DNA of 64,000 bases from Stegostoma tigrinum (taxonomy: Eukaryota). Shown here in pieces: positions 51,508 to 63,361 of the stretch. The notes under the pieces were generated by a model. That model saw only the letters and a list, made by a program, of their open reading frames with translations, was not told where the DNA came from and made no database searches. Where the stretch lies: NCBI RefSeq assembly GCF_030684315.1, contig NC_081382.1, positions 16,846,592 to 16,910,591 on the forward strand, read 5' to 3'. Each line of letters starts with the position of its first letter. The stretch's first letter is position 1. The translations under genes and the position numbers were made by a program.

Positions 51508-54500
51508 GTACTGCCACTTGCAGAAAGCAAAATAAGGCACTAGTTTTCATGATTTATTTATACCATTGCTTAATTAAGTTTCATTTATAAAATAAAATGA
51601 CACTCTGTCTATTAGCTGGCCATCATACTAATATCTCCTTTTGTTGTAGCATGTTTTTTGTCATTAATATTAATAGTCATAACTCCCTTTCTTTCTCTCA
51701 AGTCTGCCTTGAACCTTCTTCAATCCAGAGGCATAGGATAGGCGGAGTTAGAGATTTAATTACTTTGTAATCAGCAATAGGATGCAGAGAGCAGAAATGA
51801 ACATAGGCGGAATATAAAGAGGAGCATCACAGGTCAGCCAAACTTGGTAGGGTCAGTTGCACTCCAAGTAGTGCATGCCATCCAATATGAATAACTGCAA
51901 GGCCACCTGCCATCTCCAGGTCTCTCTCTATAAACTGACTAACAAGACCTGCATCATGCCCTCCAAATATTAGTCAGGTTTTTTTACAATAAAAGTAACA
52001 CAATTCAAATTTAGTCATTTGGTGGAATGGAGCTTGACTAATGCTGAAAATTGACACACTTTATCAAAGTTTTTCATCTTACAGTCATCAAGACAGTTCA
52101 CTAGAATATCAAGAAAGGGAACACCAACATTTATACTGTATGAAAGGAAAGTGGTGATTGGTTGGCAACCCTGATTGTACTGGATTGTAATGGTGAATGC
52201 ACCCATTAATGCTGGTTAACAGTTTGCCGCCTAGCTTTGAGGGTTTTTCCCTTTGAATTGGTATTCCTATGAATTGCCCTAACGAGTGCAAGACAACAAA
52301 ATATGATCTTTCACAGCAATATATAAATATTTGTTTGTTTTTAAAATCCCAGCGACCCTAGTTTTAAACATGGTTTCGGATCACGCTGCAATTTGAAACG
52401 CAAGTGATAAGACTCCTTTCTAACTTTAATATGCCCTACTGTCAGAATGAGCTGACACTCAAGTTACAAGGGGACATTTTCAAAGATTTGCATAAGTGCA
52501 CTGGATGCTTCATCACCATCCAGATTATAAAATTAGATGGAAAGAATAATATGCTTTTCATATGGATTCAAAGGGAAATGCAGGAAATATTGCCTACTAC
52601 TAAATCAAAGATCTAATGGGTCAATTAGTGAATAATTGTACTTTGTAGAACAATAACTGTAGTCTTCAATTTTATCTAATGAATCACTGCAGTGCCATTG
52701 TCTTTCCGCAATTGAATGAATAACTTCCACATTAATGTAACACACTCGACCAATTGCTGAAAGTCTGCAGTTATGAACATATTATTCCCTTATTCTGAAC
52801 TTCTTATTTCTTTATTTTTCCATTTTTCCCCTAAGAATTGCTTGACAATCTGTACCTAGGTACCTTGTGCCTAAGATGACACCATAACTGGCAATTTCTA
52901 ATTTTTTCCCTGCAGTCATTTGAATATATGTGCCAATAAAGCTAATTCTAATTCTAATTCAAGACCAATTAGTCACCGATCAGTCAACTCCAAATAAATC
53001 ATCTTCCGCTCCAATGCAAATGCTTTGCCTTGATGAAAATTGGATAGGCCTAAAGTTCTGCATGGTTTTCACAATCTCCTACTGAAATTTTATTTGCAGA
53101 TCAAGACACCACTAGAGAAGCAGTATAAGTATTCACTTTTAGCTATTTCAGTGGTAATTCTACAGATCTCAAAAGAACCTCTGAGGCTATTTCAGGCTAT
53201 AAAGCAAAGATGCCCAGAGGTGAGCTAAATTTTGTAGCTCCAAGCCCCCAAAGCCAAAATCTTGGTTGAGAGATGTAATAGAAAGAACAACGTTGTGACA
53301 CAAGTGGTTTTATTATATAGTGCAGTTAATTTAAATGACCTAAAAAGTTGACGTAATTAAAATTGCACTTACGTTAAGAAGCAAATGAACCTATTAAAGG
53401 CAAGGGAAGAGGAGAAAGATCTACATAAATTGTGAAAAATCCTGTACTAAATCAACAGGATGGCGTAAACCAACTTCTATTTTCCATTGTCTTGGAAAAT
53501 ATTGCAGAGATTTTTAATTTCAAGCCATCTATAAAAAGCAATAAAATAAGAAATGAATTATCAAAAACTGCATAAACTATCATTCTCTGAACATCAGTAG
53601 AAAGAACATCAACAAACAAATCCACTGCCATTTGCAACAAGCGTGTGTCGTGCAGCTGGTTTAGTCCAGTTTTATCCAATATAAAAATTAAAATCAGATC
53701 ATAAAGGAATCTGGAATGGTTTTACAATGGTCAAATAATGGGGTCGATTTTGAACTTGTGTGAATGTATGAAGCAGGAGATCGTACTGTGACTTTTGTGG
53801 AAAGCAGTAACGTTATCACTTGCTTTTTTTAAAATCTGAGAACACAGGTTGCTAAAAGAATGAAACCATAAAATTCTTGACTAAAAGCAAAGCATTTTAC
53901 CGTACAAAAATCAAGGAACAGGTTACTAAATAGTCAAGCCTATCAAAGATTTTTGAGGTACAGTGAAAACAAGGCATGCAACTCCAGGGAGATAACAAAG
54001 ATAAAATTCATAGAATCTCATTGCATAGAAGAAGCCATTTGTCGCAAAATATTTGTATCCTCTGTGGAAGAACTGTTGGAAAGCCTTAATGAGAAGTGAA
54101 AATGACAGACTAATTAAAATGACTTTTCTTCAGACTTCTTGTTAGACACTCATGAGCGATGAAAAGGAATAGCATGCAATATCTACTGTCCTGTAATATC
54201 ATACTTTTGCATGTGGTATGGAAATACAAGCTGCATGATTTGCTGTATATCCCTTATTTTCTATGAAAGTGCCAATAATTTAATATTCTCTTTCTGCATG
54301 CAGCATTCAATGGTTACTGCCTGTGGCAGTTATAATAGATTGGAATTGCTTAGGGTGTGGCAAACTTCCAGTTGTTAGTTTGTGACTAAGCAGTAGAACA
54401 GAATTGCATGTTCACCTCTCAGAATAGCCGCCCAGTCCGCAGATGAAATCAGTTTGAGAGTTTTAAATTTTGGTTCGACTTGCTGCATTTCTAAACCAGG

Positions 54501-55305
54501 ATCATGTTGACGGAATTATCCTGACACAAAGCTCAAATTTCCTCTGTTAACCCGAGGTTGAGCACCTTTCTTTATCACTGCAATATTTTTATATTTGCAT
54601 ATATAGGTCTAGTGCAATCATGAACCATTTGAGTTATTTTTGTTTCTCCACCTGATTTCCTAAATAAGGTGACCCATATTGATGCACAATTCCCTGAATC
54701 CTTGCAGTGCCTTACCATGGCCATTTGTCATGTGTACACTGAAGTATTGTTAGCTGGCTGACTTTGGGAGATACTGAATACAAGTCCAATCACTATGTTC
54801 ACACAAGTCCACTTCCACCAGAGGGAAATACAGTGGGAGCTCTGGCTGATTATTTTGTTTATCTCTTCCTAGTCTCGGAACACTAAGACCAATTGTACTA
54901 CCCATTTGCGGGCCTGGCTGAAATCAGCTAACTCAGGGCATCAAGGGTATGTATGACACAGCATCCATTCAGAGCCCCGATATCTTACTCAAAATGTTCC
55001 CTTCTCATTGAGCCAAATGAGAGTTGCTTCAGTAATGGTCTCCCTCATATTATGAAACTTATTTTTTTTTTGGAAACCATTGTCCTTACGTCTAATGTTA
55101 ACTTGTTTCTTTGTTTTAGGCACTTAGCACGTGGCCTTGTCTGTGAATCTATAACGTGTGAGTGCTGAATAAGTTCATAAATTTAAGTCAATAGTTGTGC
55201 AATCATGGTTCAATAGTATTTGATAAGATCTGTAGAAAAAGCATGAATGTGAAGGATGTCTTTCATTTATAATGTTCTTCCTAAAATAATTCCCTGTTTC
55301 TCCAG

Positions 55306-55578
55306 AGCAAAAACTCAAAATGGAAAACTTAGTGGTTTCACACATAAACTCTTATGGATTCAAAATCTCTTGGAACGCAACGGATGGGGCCTATGAAAAT
55401 TTTGTTATAGTGGTTAGAGATTCTGGCAGGTTGTTGGAGCCAATGGAGCACAGAGTGCCAGGCGATCATCACTCCATTAACATCACTGGTCTGATCACTG
55501 GGATTGGTTATGATATTAATATCTATGGTGTAACCAATGACCAGCAATCTAAGCCCCTATTTACTAAGACGGCAACAG
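55306..55578 (+). CDS. TNC: Variable-region exon V9: FNIII-C-like (273 nt)
   Basis: tctccag|AGCAA...ACAG|gtattt. Motifs INSYGF, DSGRLLEP and GLITGIGY match human repeat C (INPYGF, DSGKLLDP, GLITGIGY). Confidence 0.93.
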
Positions 55579-57776
55579 GTATTTTTATTCAGTTGAGGTC
55601 TCTGTTACATGTTTGTGTACTCTTTTATTGACAATTTTATTTCTCTTTCACTATAACACATTAACTCTCTGCAAACTTTATCCAGACTGAGAATATCCAC
55701 CAATATCTACACATTAGTATTTGTGTCTTTTTCAGCATTAACCAGTTTAATAAGCCATAAGGAAAAGGGCCAAGGACAAAGCAATCATTTTGGATTATAC
55801 CAATTACAAAGTTATAGGACATTGAAATATCATTTTTTTAAATGTTAACATTGAGAAATTTCTTCAAACTTGACAGGGATGAGATATCATTCTACATCAA
55901 CGGCAGGAAATGAATTAGTTGCAAATTGCAAGATGATTTTTCACTGCTGTAGCTTCTAATTTCAATTCACTTGGAAATTATTACCAAAATTTTAAATTTC
56001 AAGCTAAGTTGAAGAAGCAGTTACACTAGAAAGCAATTCCACAGAAAGGGTGTGAACTAGCATTCTCTGAATGCCAGTGGAAAAAAGACTCAGAACGGGA
56101 CTCAGGGCATGAAAACATAGCAATCTACTACCAGTCTGTTCTAAGATGCTGCTGGGAGATTAGTTTCAAAATATTTTTTTTCTTAAACTTCTGTTCCAAA
56201 CTGCGCTTGATGTGGAATGATTTCAGTTTTCATTGCTATGATCAATTTCTATACAGACATTGGAATAACACCATTAACAAGTTTTTCTTTACTGAAAAAA
56301 ATTAACACCAAAATAAAGCAAGTTTTTTTTTTAAAAGCATTAATGTGTGAATTGACTTTTGGAAATCTCAATCTAGTTGTTAATAGACATGAGATCACAC
56401 CATCCATCCTTTATTTAACACATAAGATTAAGCATGAATATATTCAATGTGACATATTGGCATATTGATGCTGTATAAATATTCTGAGGCTGGGGCTGAT
56501 GGCCGTATATGGCAAGGTTTGCTCTGAACTTGAGTGTCATATTGGCTTGAATGTGGTTGATGTTGACACAGACTTAAAGTGGGAAAATGTTCAACTACTT
56601 ATGACATCTCATCTTGATGAGAACAACATCAATATCAAAAGGCCTCCTGTTATCAATGAAACAAACAATATTTACAGATGACTTTGTAGTAATTACTTTT
56701 TGAGCGGTATGGGGCATTAAGTTGAAGGCCTGCTGAAAATGCAACCTTTGTTTGTGCATGACCATTTTGAATTGCTTGGCCATTGTTACAATCTCCTCCT
56801 GAAATATGGCTTTAAACTAGAATGATAGTGTTTGATTCTTGTCAGATATGTCTAACCATTACCAGGCTCCTTGGAATGTATTGGATGTCATCCCTGTAAC
56901 ATGGAATTCACATGGAAGATGCTGACTCATAGAGTTTTCAATGTGCTGTGTTCAGTTTCTTGTGATTACTGAAATCTTATTATCTAGTTGTGGACATACT
57001 AATCACTATGTTCTTCCATCATTCTTGTTTTTTTTGTATGGAGCAAAATAACAGCTTATAATTGTACTTAAATATCTTTTGTAATTCTTCTTGATCCCAA
57101 TAACCAAATTATTTCTTGTGTATGTCTAAAACGCTACTCGATTATCTCTTTAGGTTTGATATTGCCTGCATACAACAACCCTATGATGTTGTTCAGTCAG
57201 TGCGTGTACAAGGTCTAATGAATATCTTTGCCTTTTGTCATTGTTAATTCTCTGTTGCTCTGTAAGTGTCTCATCTCCCCTTTAATCTGTTGCTTGGGTC
57301 GATTACCATTTTCAAAAGGTTACCGCATAAGCCCCAGGGTCTTTATAAAGCTAAGTAGACTGAGTTCTTATGTGCTATGCAAAATCAGGTTTTGGATGGT
57401 ACCAGGAAAGAGCTGGAATCAACCCAGATTCATCCACTCCAGAAAAGTGTCATGAACAGTCAATATTTTCCAAATTCCTTGAGGCACGCAATACACTCCC
57501 ACTGCATGAACAATTAATAAGTGACTTACCTTTTAGGTTTCTGATTGATTCCAGATTGTTAACAGTATTCTGGCCAAATTATTTTACTATTTACTAATAT
57601 GTCTGTGATTAAATTGTTCAAGTTGGAAAAGAGTTTGCTTTAATTATCTGTAGTCCTTTTTGTCCTGCCAAAGCAAACTTCTTTATCGAGTAATTGATGT
57701 TAACAAGAATAGTAATTATTTATAATTGAAAGGTGAGAAGAAAAGCAGGAACTTATATAACTTGTTTCTCCCTCAG

Positions 57777-58049
57777 AAGCTGAACCTGAAGTGGACAACT
57801 TAGCAGTTTCTGATGTTACCTCAAATGGCTTCACACTCTCTTGGACAACAGATGAGAATGTCTTTGATTACTTTAACATTAGAATTAGGGATTCCAGAAA
57901 AGAAACTTCACCGTGGGACTTCACAGTGTCAGGGGAACTCCGAACAACTAACATCACAGACTTACCTGATGGCACTGAGTATGAGATTTCCTTGGTTGGC
58001 ATTTCAGAGGGACGATATTCGCAGCCAGTAAATACCATTGCAACCACAG
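57777..58049 (+). CDS. TNC: Variable-region exon V10: FNIII-D-like (273 nt)
   Basis: ccctcag|AAGCT...ACAG|gtatta. EAEPEVDNLAVSDVTSNGFTLSWTTDENVFDYFNIRIRD...TEYEISLVGISEGRYSQPVNTIATT matches human repeat D. Confidence 0.93.
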
Positions 58050-59986
58050 GTATTATTGTATTTTTTGACAGACTCTGTCTTTATTTCTCTCCCAGATCTA
58101 ATTTACCTTGTTTCCCCAGGTTCAACTCTTTTTTTAGTTTTTGGACTATTGACAAGCAAAGATACTGTCTCTCGCTTTCAATGAATTGTTTACTAAACAT
58201 CATTGATTAATGTTTCTACTTCTACTTTTGTATCTTTTAGAACTTGCTTCTGCCACCTTTCTTCCTTCAAACAATAGACTTCTCTAATGTGCCATTAACC
58301 ATCAGTAGGCAATTTTCTGCAGAGCAGCAGAAGGGTGGGCTGCTTGAGTCAAGCCAAAGAGGCTGAACAGAATGGGGAGCCTTTCTGTTGAGCGTAAAAG
58401 CCCCACTTTCATGTACTGATACTGCAACAAAGTGGATTGAGTTCGGCAGTGTTCGTGATGTAGACTTATCCAAAATGTATAGCTCCACAGTTTAACCACA
58501 ATCTTGGCTTGTGGCCTGCACCAGGATGAATTCTGCCATTGGAAAAGACTTTACCCCAATCAAGAGTTGCTTCAGTTTGAACGGTGACGGTAGAGTTTAG
58601 AAACATTGGTTGCAAATATCCTGCTTTCATATCTAACTCTTTACCGTTAATTAAAGATAGAATTCATAGGGCTGTCTCGAACCTATGCTCTTGTTTGTTG
58701 GGGCATGGAAGACAATTTGTTGTTGGTGGTGGGATGGCAAATTTGGATTGAATAGATATTGAGGACAAACAAACACTCTGGAGTTTCATTCTCTGGCTAG
58801 TTTTAATAATCCCGGGAATTATATCTCAAGAAGTTTCCAACTAATGGATGCATGTGTGAAGTTATACCATTTATGGATTTTAAAGCACACAGCCAGTTTT
58901 TCCATTTAATGTTCTCTGATGCAACATTGATGCTAATCCATTAATTCTTAAATTTTGCAGGATGCTTTGAACAAATTTGATCTATGTTTCAGTTGATTTG
59001 CCATAATTTTGGCCATTCTTTGACTTTGTCACAATGTCTTGTTTTTCAGTGTATGTGCATAGCTGTAAAGGACATATGAGAGAACCACCTCTGCTATGCA
59101 CCTCCAGTCTTCTCCACATAGCCTGAGCAAAACTGTCGCTGCTTTTCTTTCATAATCATAAATACATTTTCCCTCTTGTTTCATTTACAAGAAGTGTTTA
59201 TGCAGTACTGGGAATGCAGCTTTCATTTTGTGTCTACTTACTGTTCTTTGTACTGTAAAACACAGCAAATGAAAATTAGGTAAATGGATGCATTAATTTG
59301 TACTTCATTGTGAAACAAAGGATCCGAAAGCCATAAATGAGCAAAAAAAAGGATAACCAATAATGGGACTTCTACTGTCTTTGTGAAACATGCTCAACAA
59401 GCATATTTACTTGGTGACAGTATCTATAGTTTTCTACAATGTTTTGCCATAGTGTTGATATCATAATTAGAGTAAAATGTTTATGTTTCATCTTTGTAAA
59501 CAATTGGACAAAGATGCCAATCTTATTTCCAATGAGATGATTTGTCTCTTTACGGATTGACAAAATGGCCCACTTGCAAGGCTTTCAGCCTAGGTTATAA
59601 ATGCAAGTTTTATTTGCTATATTTTATGGGCAGCCAGCAATACATTAGTGTGCAGCTTCATTAAAATTGCATCTCCATGCAGGGTATTATTTTCATTCAC
59701 CATTCTAGGATTTGCTTCATTTTATTCTTGTGTTCTATTTTTATGATTGATCTCCTTTATTTCAATTTGTAATCTTAACATAGTGCTATATACACTTTCA
59801 GATCAAATCCAATATTTTTTACAGGTTTTGGAAGACATTAAATGTATAACTTGAGAAATCAGTTCTGCCATTAAACTTTTTGTTCCAACTTGCTCGTGGT
59901 TTTCCACATTGTCTAAATCTGTTGAGATGTCCAGTTTAACTATACATTAAATATGTTTGACTCTTGTTATCAACTCTCTTTGACAG

Positions 59987-60109
59987 CATTAGGAGCTCCT
60001 AGATTTCTGCAGTTCACAGATGTCACCGACACTACAGTGACAGTCTGGTGGGACATTGAGAGTAGCTACATCACCAACTTCAAGATTATTTATGTGCCAA
60101 CTGATGGAG
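59987..60109 (+). CDS. TNC: TNC exon, FNIII-6 N-half (123 nt); missed by the ORF track
   Basis: ctctttgacag|CATTA...GGAG|gtaaga. Encodes ALGAPRFLQFTDVTDTTVTVWWDIESSYITNFKIIYVPTDG. Confidence 0.92.
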
Positions 60110-60587
60110 GTAAGATGCCACATTGATTTATCAGAATGTCTATTTTATCTGGTGTCAAATATAAAGCAAGAAGTCCATATTCAATCATTGACTTTCCAAT
60201 CTAATCTGGAGGACTACTCTATATAGTTTGCTGAAAAGTATCCCAACAGTTTAAAGGGCCCAAATTAGTTGAACTCATTGAAGCATGGCATTTCTACGAG
60301 GTGCTAACTGATTCTGGAATTTCCCATTAACATTACAATAAGTGCAGCATTTACTTATATTTAATACTGCCTGAAATGACGGTAGAAGCACATTCAACAT
60401 TAACAATCATTAGAGAATTGAATGCATTTTTGAAGGTGAGAAAATTGCAGGACTGTGAGGAGAGAGCATGTGGGTTGTGAATTGTGCATGTGGAAGGAGC
60501 TCATTCAAAATGCCAGCACAGGCATGAGTGACTGAATGGCCTGCTTTGGTACAGTAAGGTTCTAAGATTCTATATTAATTTTCTCAG

Positions 60588-60731
60588 GTCCAAGTAACAC
60601 CGTGACAGTCGATGGCAGAAAGACTCAAACTATACTGAGGAGGCTCACCCCAGCTACTGAATACAAAATCAAAGTCATCGCTGTTAGAGGGTTTGAGGAA
60701 AGTGAACCAGTTTCAGGCACAGTGCACACAG
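60588..60731 (+). CDS. TNC: TNC exon, FNIII-6 C-half (144 nt); missed by the ORF track
   Basis: ttttctcag|GTCCA...ACAG|gtaaag. Encodes GPSNTVTVDGRKTQTILRRLTPATEYKIKVIAVRGFEESEPVSGTVHT. Confidence 0.94.
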
Positions 60732-61037
60732 GTAAAGGAAGGAGGAAAAGGCAATAACTGAACGCAAAATCTGCACTGCCAAAGTACCATGCTCGTCATA
60801 GGTTTGTGACAGATCGCTGAAAATTTAAAATGTTTATTGTGCAGAGGAAGCACATTCTATCCACGCTCCCTGTCATTTCTCCTGTCACTGCATACATCTC
60901 TGAGGTCTGTGCACGGCAGTGTGTGGAGAAACCAGAAGGGTATGCATCAGAAAACCAAAAATGCTGGAATTAAGCTAATGTTTTGAGTCTACGCGACACT
61001 CAGTTTTTGTGGAGAGAGAGGAAGCTAATGTTTCGAG

Positions 61038-61245
61038 ATAATAAAGTGTGAAGCTGGATGAACACAGCAGGCCAAGCAGCATAGCAGGAGCACAAAAGCT
61101 GATGTTTGAGGCCTAGACCCTTCATCAGAGCTAGGCCTGAAACGTCAGCTTTTGTGCTCCTGAGATGCTGCTTGGCCTGCTGTGTTCATCCAGCTTCACA
61201 CTTTATTATCTTGGATTCTCCAGCATCTGCAGTTCCCATTATCAC
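61038..61245 (+). repeat. Young palindromic Penelope-terminus-derived element
   Basis: Near-perfect arms of about 75 bp (61038-~61115 versus ~61131-61209) and a perfect 16-bp TSD AAGCTAATGTTTCGAG (61022-61037, 61246-61261). Confidence 0.9.
61097..61132 (-). ncRNA. Minimal type-I hammerhead ribozyme-like motif (degenerate copy)
   Basis: Reverse strand AGCT-CTGATGA-A-GGGTCTAGGCCT-CAAA-CA-TC-AGCT. The opposite arm keeps GAAACGTCAGCT, so the consensus is AGCU CUGAUGA A [stem II] GAAA CG UC AGCU. This copy has GAAA changed to CAAA. Confidence 0.6.
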
Positions 61246-62383
61246 AAGCTAATGTTTCGAGTCTAGATGAAAGCTGTGCTGCTCAGAAGGAATGTCGCTT
61301 TCTGTATGTTTATGCACCCTCATGGACACGACAGAAATAAAACCTTCAGTAAATGTTTTCTGTTGACACGTTTGAACAATGTAATTTAATTCATCTGAAT
61401 TGGCCTAAAAAGTGGGAGCAGTCTTTGGTCTCGGAATCTCTGATAAAGCATACTGATCCAAGTGAGTTCCAGGATTCACTTCCATGTTTGTTTTCAGATT
61501 GAGTTATGCCAAGAATTGCTGACACATGGCCTCACTCTCTTGGTTATATTCCAATATGTAAATCAGGCCAGCTTCCAAGGCCAACCCAACGCAGACTCTC
61601 AAAAATAATCTCTCAGACTTTTTACCAAAATAAAGAAAACATATATAGCCCTCTAAATCCAGGGAACCTGGACGTTTTATTCCTGAGGGCCTCTGCAAAA
61701 TAACAGGCTGTGGACTGTTGACTGCAACCGAGCATAATAATAGTGAGGGCAATATGCAGGGGTCTCCCTGCATGGAAGAGAATTTAGTCTTAACTCAAGT
61801 CATTGCTGAAATGACTTCACTGCAGTCACACTGGCTTCATCATAATTCAACACCAGCTAGTGGGTGAGACTCTCATCTAGTTATGAGTGTACATTATATG
61901 TTTTACATAATGAATTATGGAATTAGAAAGCAGGGATCTAACACTTGAAACTCCATCAGGAACCTAAGCACAAGGAACTGTTTGACACAGGTATTGTTCA
62001 TTTTTCCCTCTGGGGAAAGATAATCTGTCATTGTTCTGTTAGGTCACACCTCAGGCACAAAGCATTGACTGAGGTTCTGCCTGGGAATAAAATATAATTG
62101 CTTTCCTCTGAGGTGATAAAATGTTGAAATACACTTTAGGATTCTCCTTCTGACCAAAGAAAGTTAAATTTGTAGTGTCACAACTGAAGGAACAAGGAGG
62201 CAAGTTCTGACCTGCTGTGCTTTTCCAGCCTCACACCTATAGACTCTGAAACCACCCCAGCCAGTAGGGGGATTCACCCTGCAGATGTCGGCACTAGTCT
62301 GACCTACACTGCAGACCCAGCCAACTGAGCGCACTCACCTGCCCTCAAACTTGAGCTGCTGTGGCAACGTGCTCTTTTACATG

Positions 62384-62975
62384 TATTATGGACCAGACAA
62401 AACCCTCTTAAAACTTTCAGAAGAGAATCTATACTAGAACTGTTGTTATTTTAAGGTAAATTCAGATGCAATTCAATTGGTCAAACTATTGGATTTGGAA
62501 CAAAATACATCCACTGTAATTAAAACACAATAAAAAAATGAATTGAAATAGCTTAACTCCACTGGAAACTTAACAGAATAATGGACACAGTAATGATTAC
62601 TAATTAACTGTTCTAATGTAGTAATCTCCCATTAACACAACCTTGGCAAAAAGTAAATTCAGCACACAGATTGTCTCACATGCAACTCTTGTAGCAGGGA
62701 GAGAGCCCTCAGCTTTTGGCTATAACAGAGAGAGGGAAAATAATAGCTTTGACTTCTTCAAGACCCCAATAGTAACTGCTGAAAGCTAAACTGGTTCTGT
62801 GGGTCGGAGCTTGACCAGACCCACTCAGGCTGCTTCTATTGTTCCAATTTTTAAAAAAAACGCCCAAAGCTTCGCATGTTGTTTATCTTTTCATAGACCA
62901 CTCGACGCCTGCTCCCTAATCTTTCAAAAGGAAACCAGGACAAAACACACCTCTTAAAGTTACTGTATCATTACA
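62384..62975. mobile_element. Probable solo LTR (592 bp), different family
   Basis: Ends TATTATG...CATTACA (near-inverted; TG degenerate), flanked by the 4-bp direct repeat CATG (62380-62383, 62976-62979). Confidence 0.55.
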
Positions 62976-63241
62976 CATGCATGTTGTAGTTTGGAGGTAT
63001 GGTTACTGATTGTGGAAACTCCAATTACTTTTCTTCCCATTCTGAGCAGGAACCTTGCTCACTTTTGCTGGATACCATTGACATATGTCGGAAGGAATTA
63101 CAAGTTGATCCCCGAGCTTTTTTCCCAGCGGTATGAATGCACATTCCTGGTCTGTCTACTCCTGGAGTGGGCCTTGTATTGTAGACTGCACTTGTATGAA
63201 AGTAATGTCTTGTGTTTATCTTTTTCCTCCTTGATTGACAG

Positions 63242-63361
63242 CATTGGACAGTCCATCAGAATTGAGAGTTGTGAAGGTCACGGATTCTGAAGCCCTACTG
63301 ACATGGAAACCCACAATTGCTACAGTAGATGAATATGTGCTCAGCTTTCATGCTGAGGGTG
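63242..63361 (+). CDS. TNC: TNC exon, FNIII-7 N-half (120 nt)
   Basis: gacag|CATTG...GGTG|gtaagg. Encodes [40 protein letters not shown]. Confidence 0.93.

Larger units (their letters stand above)
9357..63361 (+). other. TNC: Tenascin-C gene, internal part (FNIII-3 to FNIII-7a; 17 exons); gene continues beyond both window edges
   Basis: Ordered phase-1 GT-AG exons encode FNIII repeats matching TNC repeats 3, 4, 5, the variable region, 6 and 7. Split-repeat exon sizes (186+90, 123+144, 120) fit the TNC layout as I recall it. Confidence 0.92.

Noticed and set aside
9357-63361. Alternative identity as tenascin-R, tenascin-W/N, tenascin-X or fibronectin
   Set aside because: Repeats 3, 4, 6, 7, C and D match TNC signature sequences; only exon V1 looks TNR-like.
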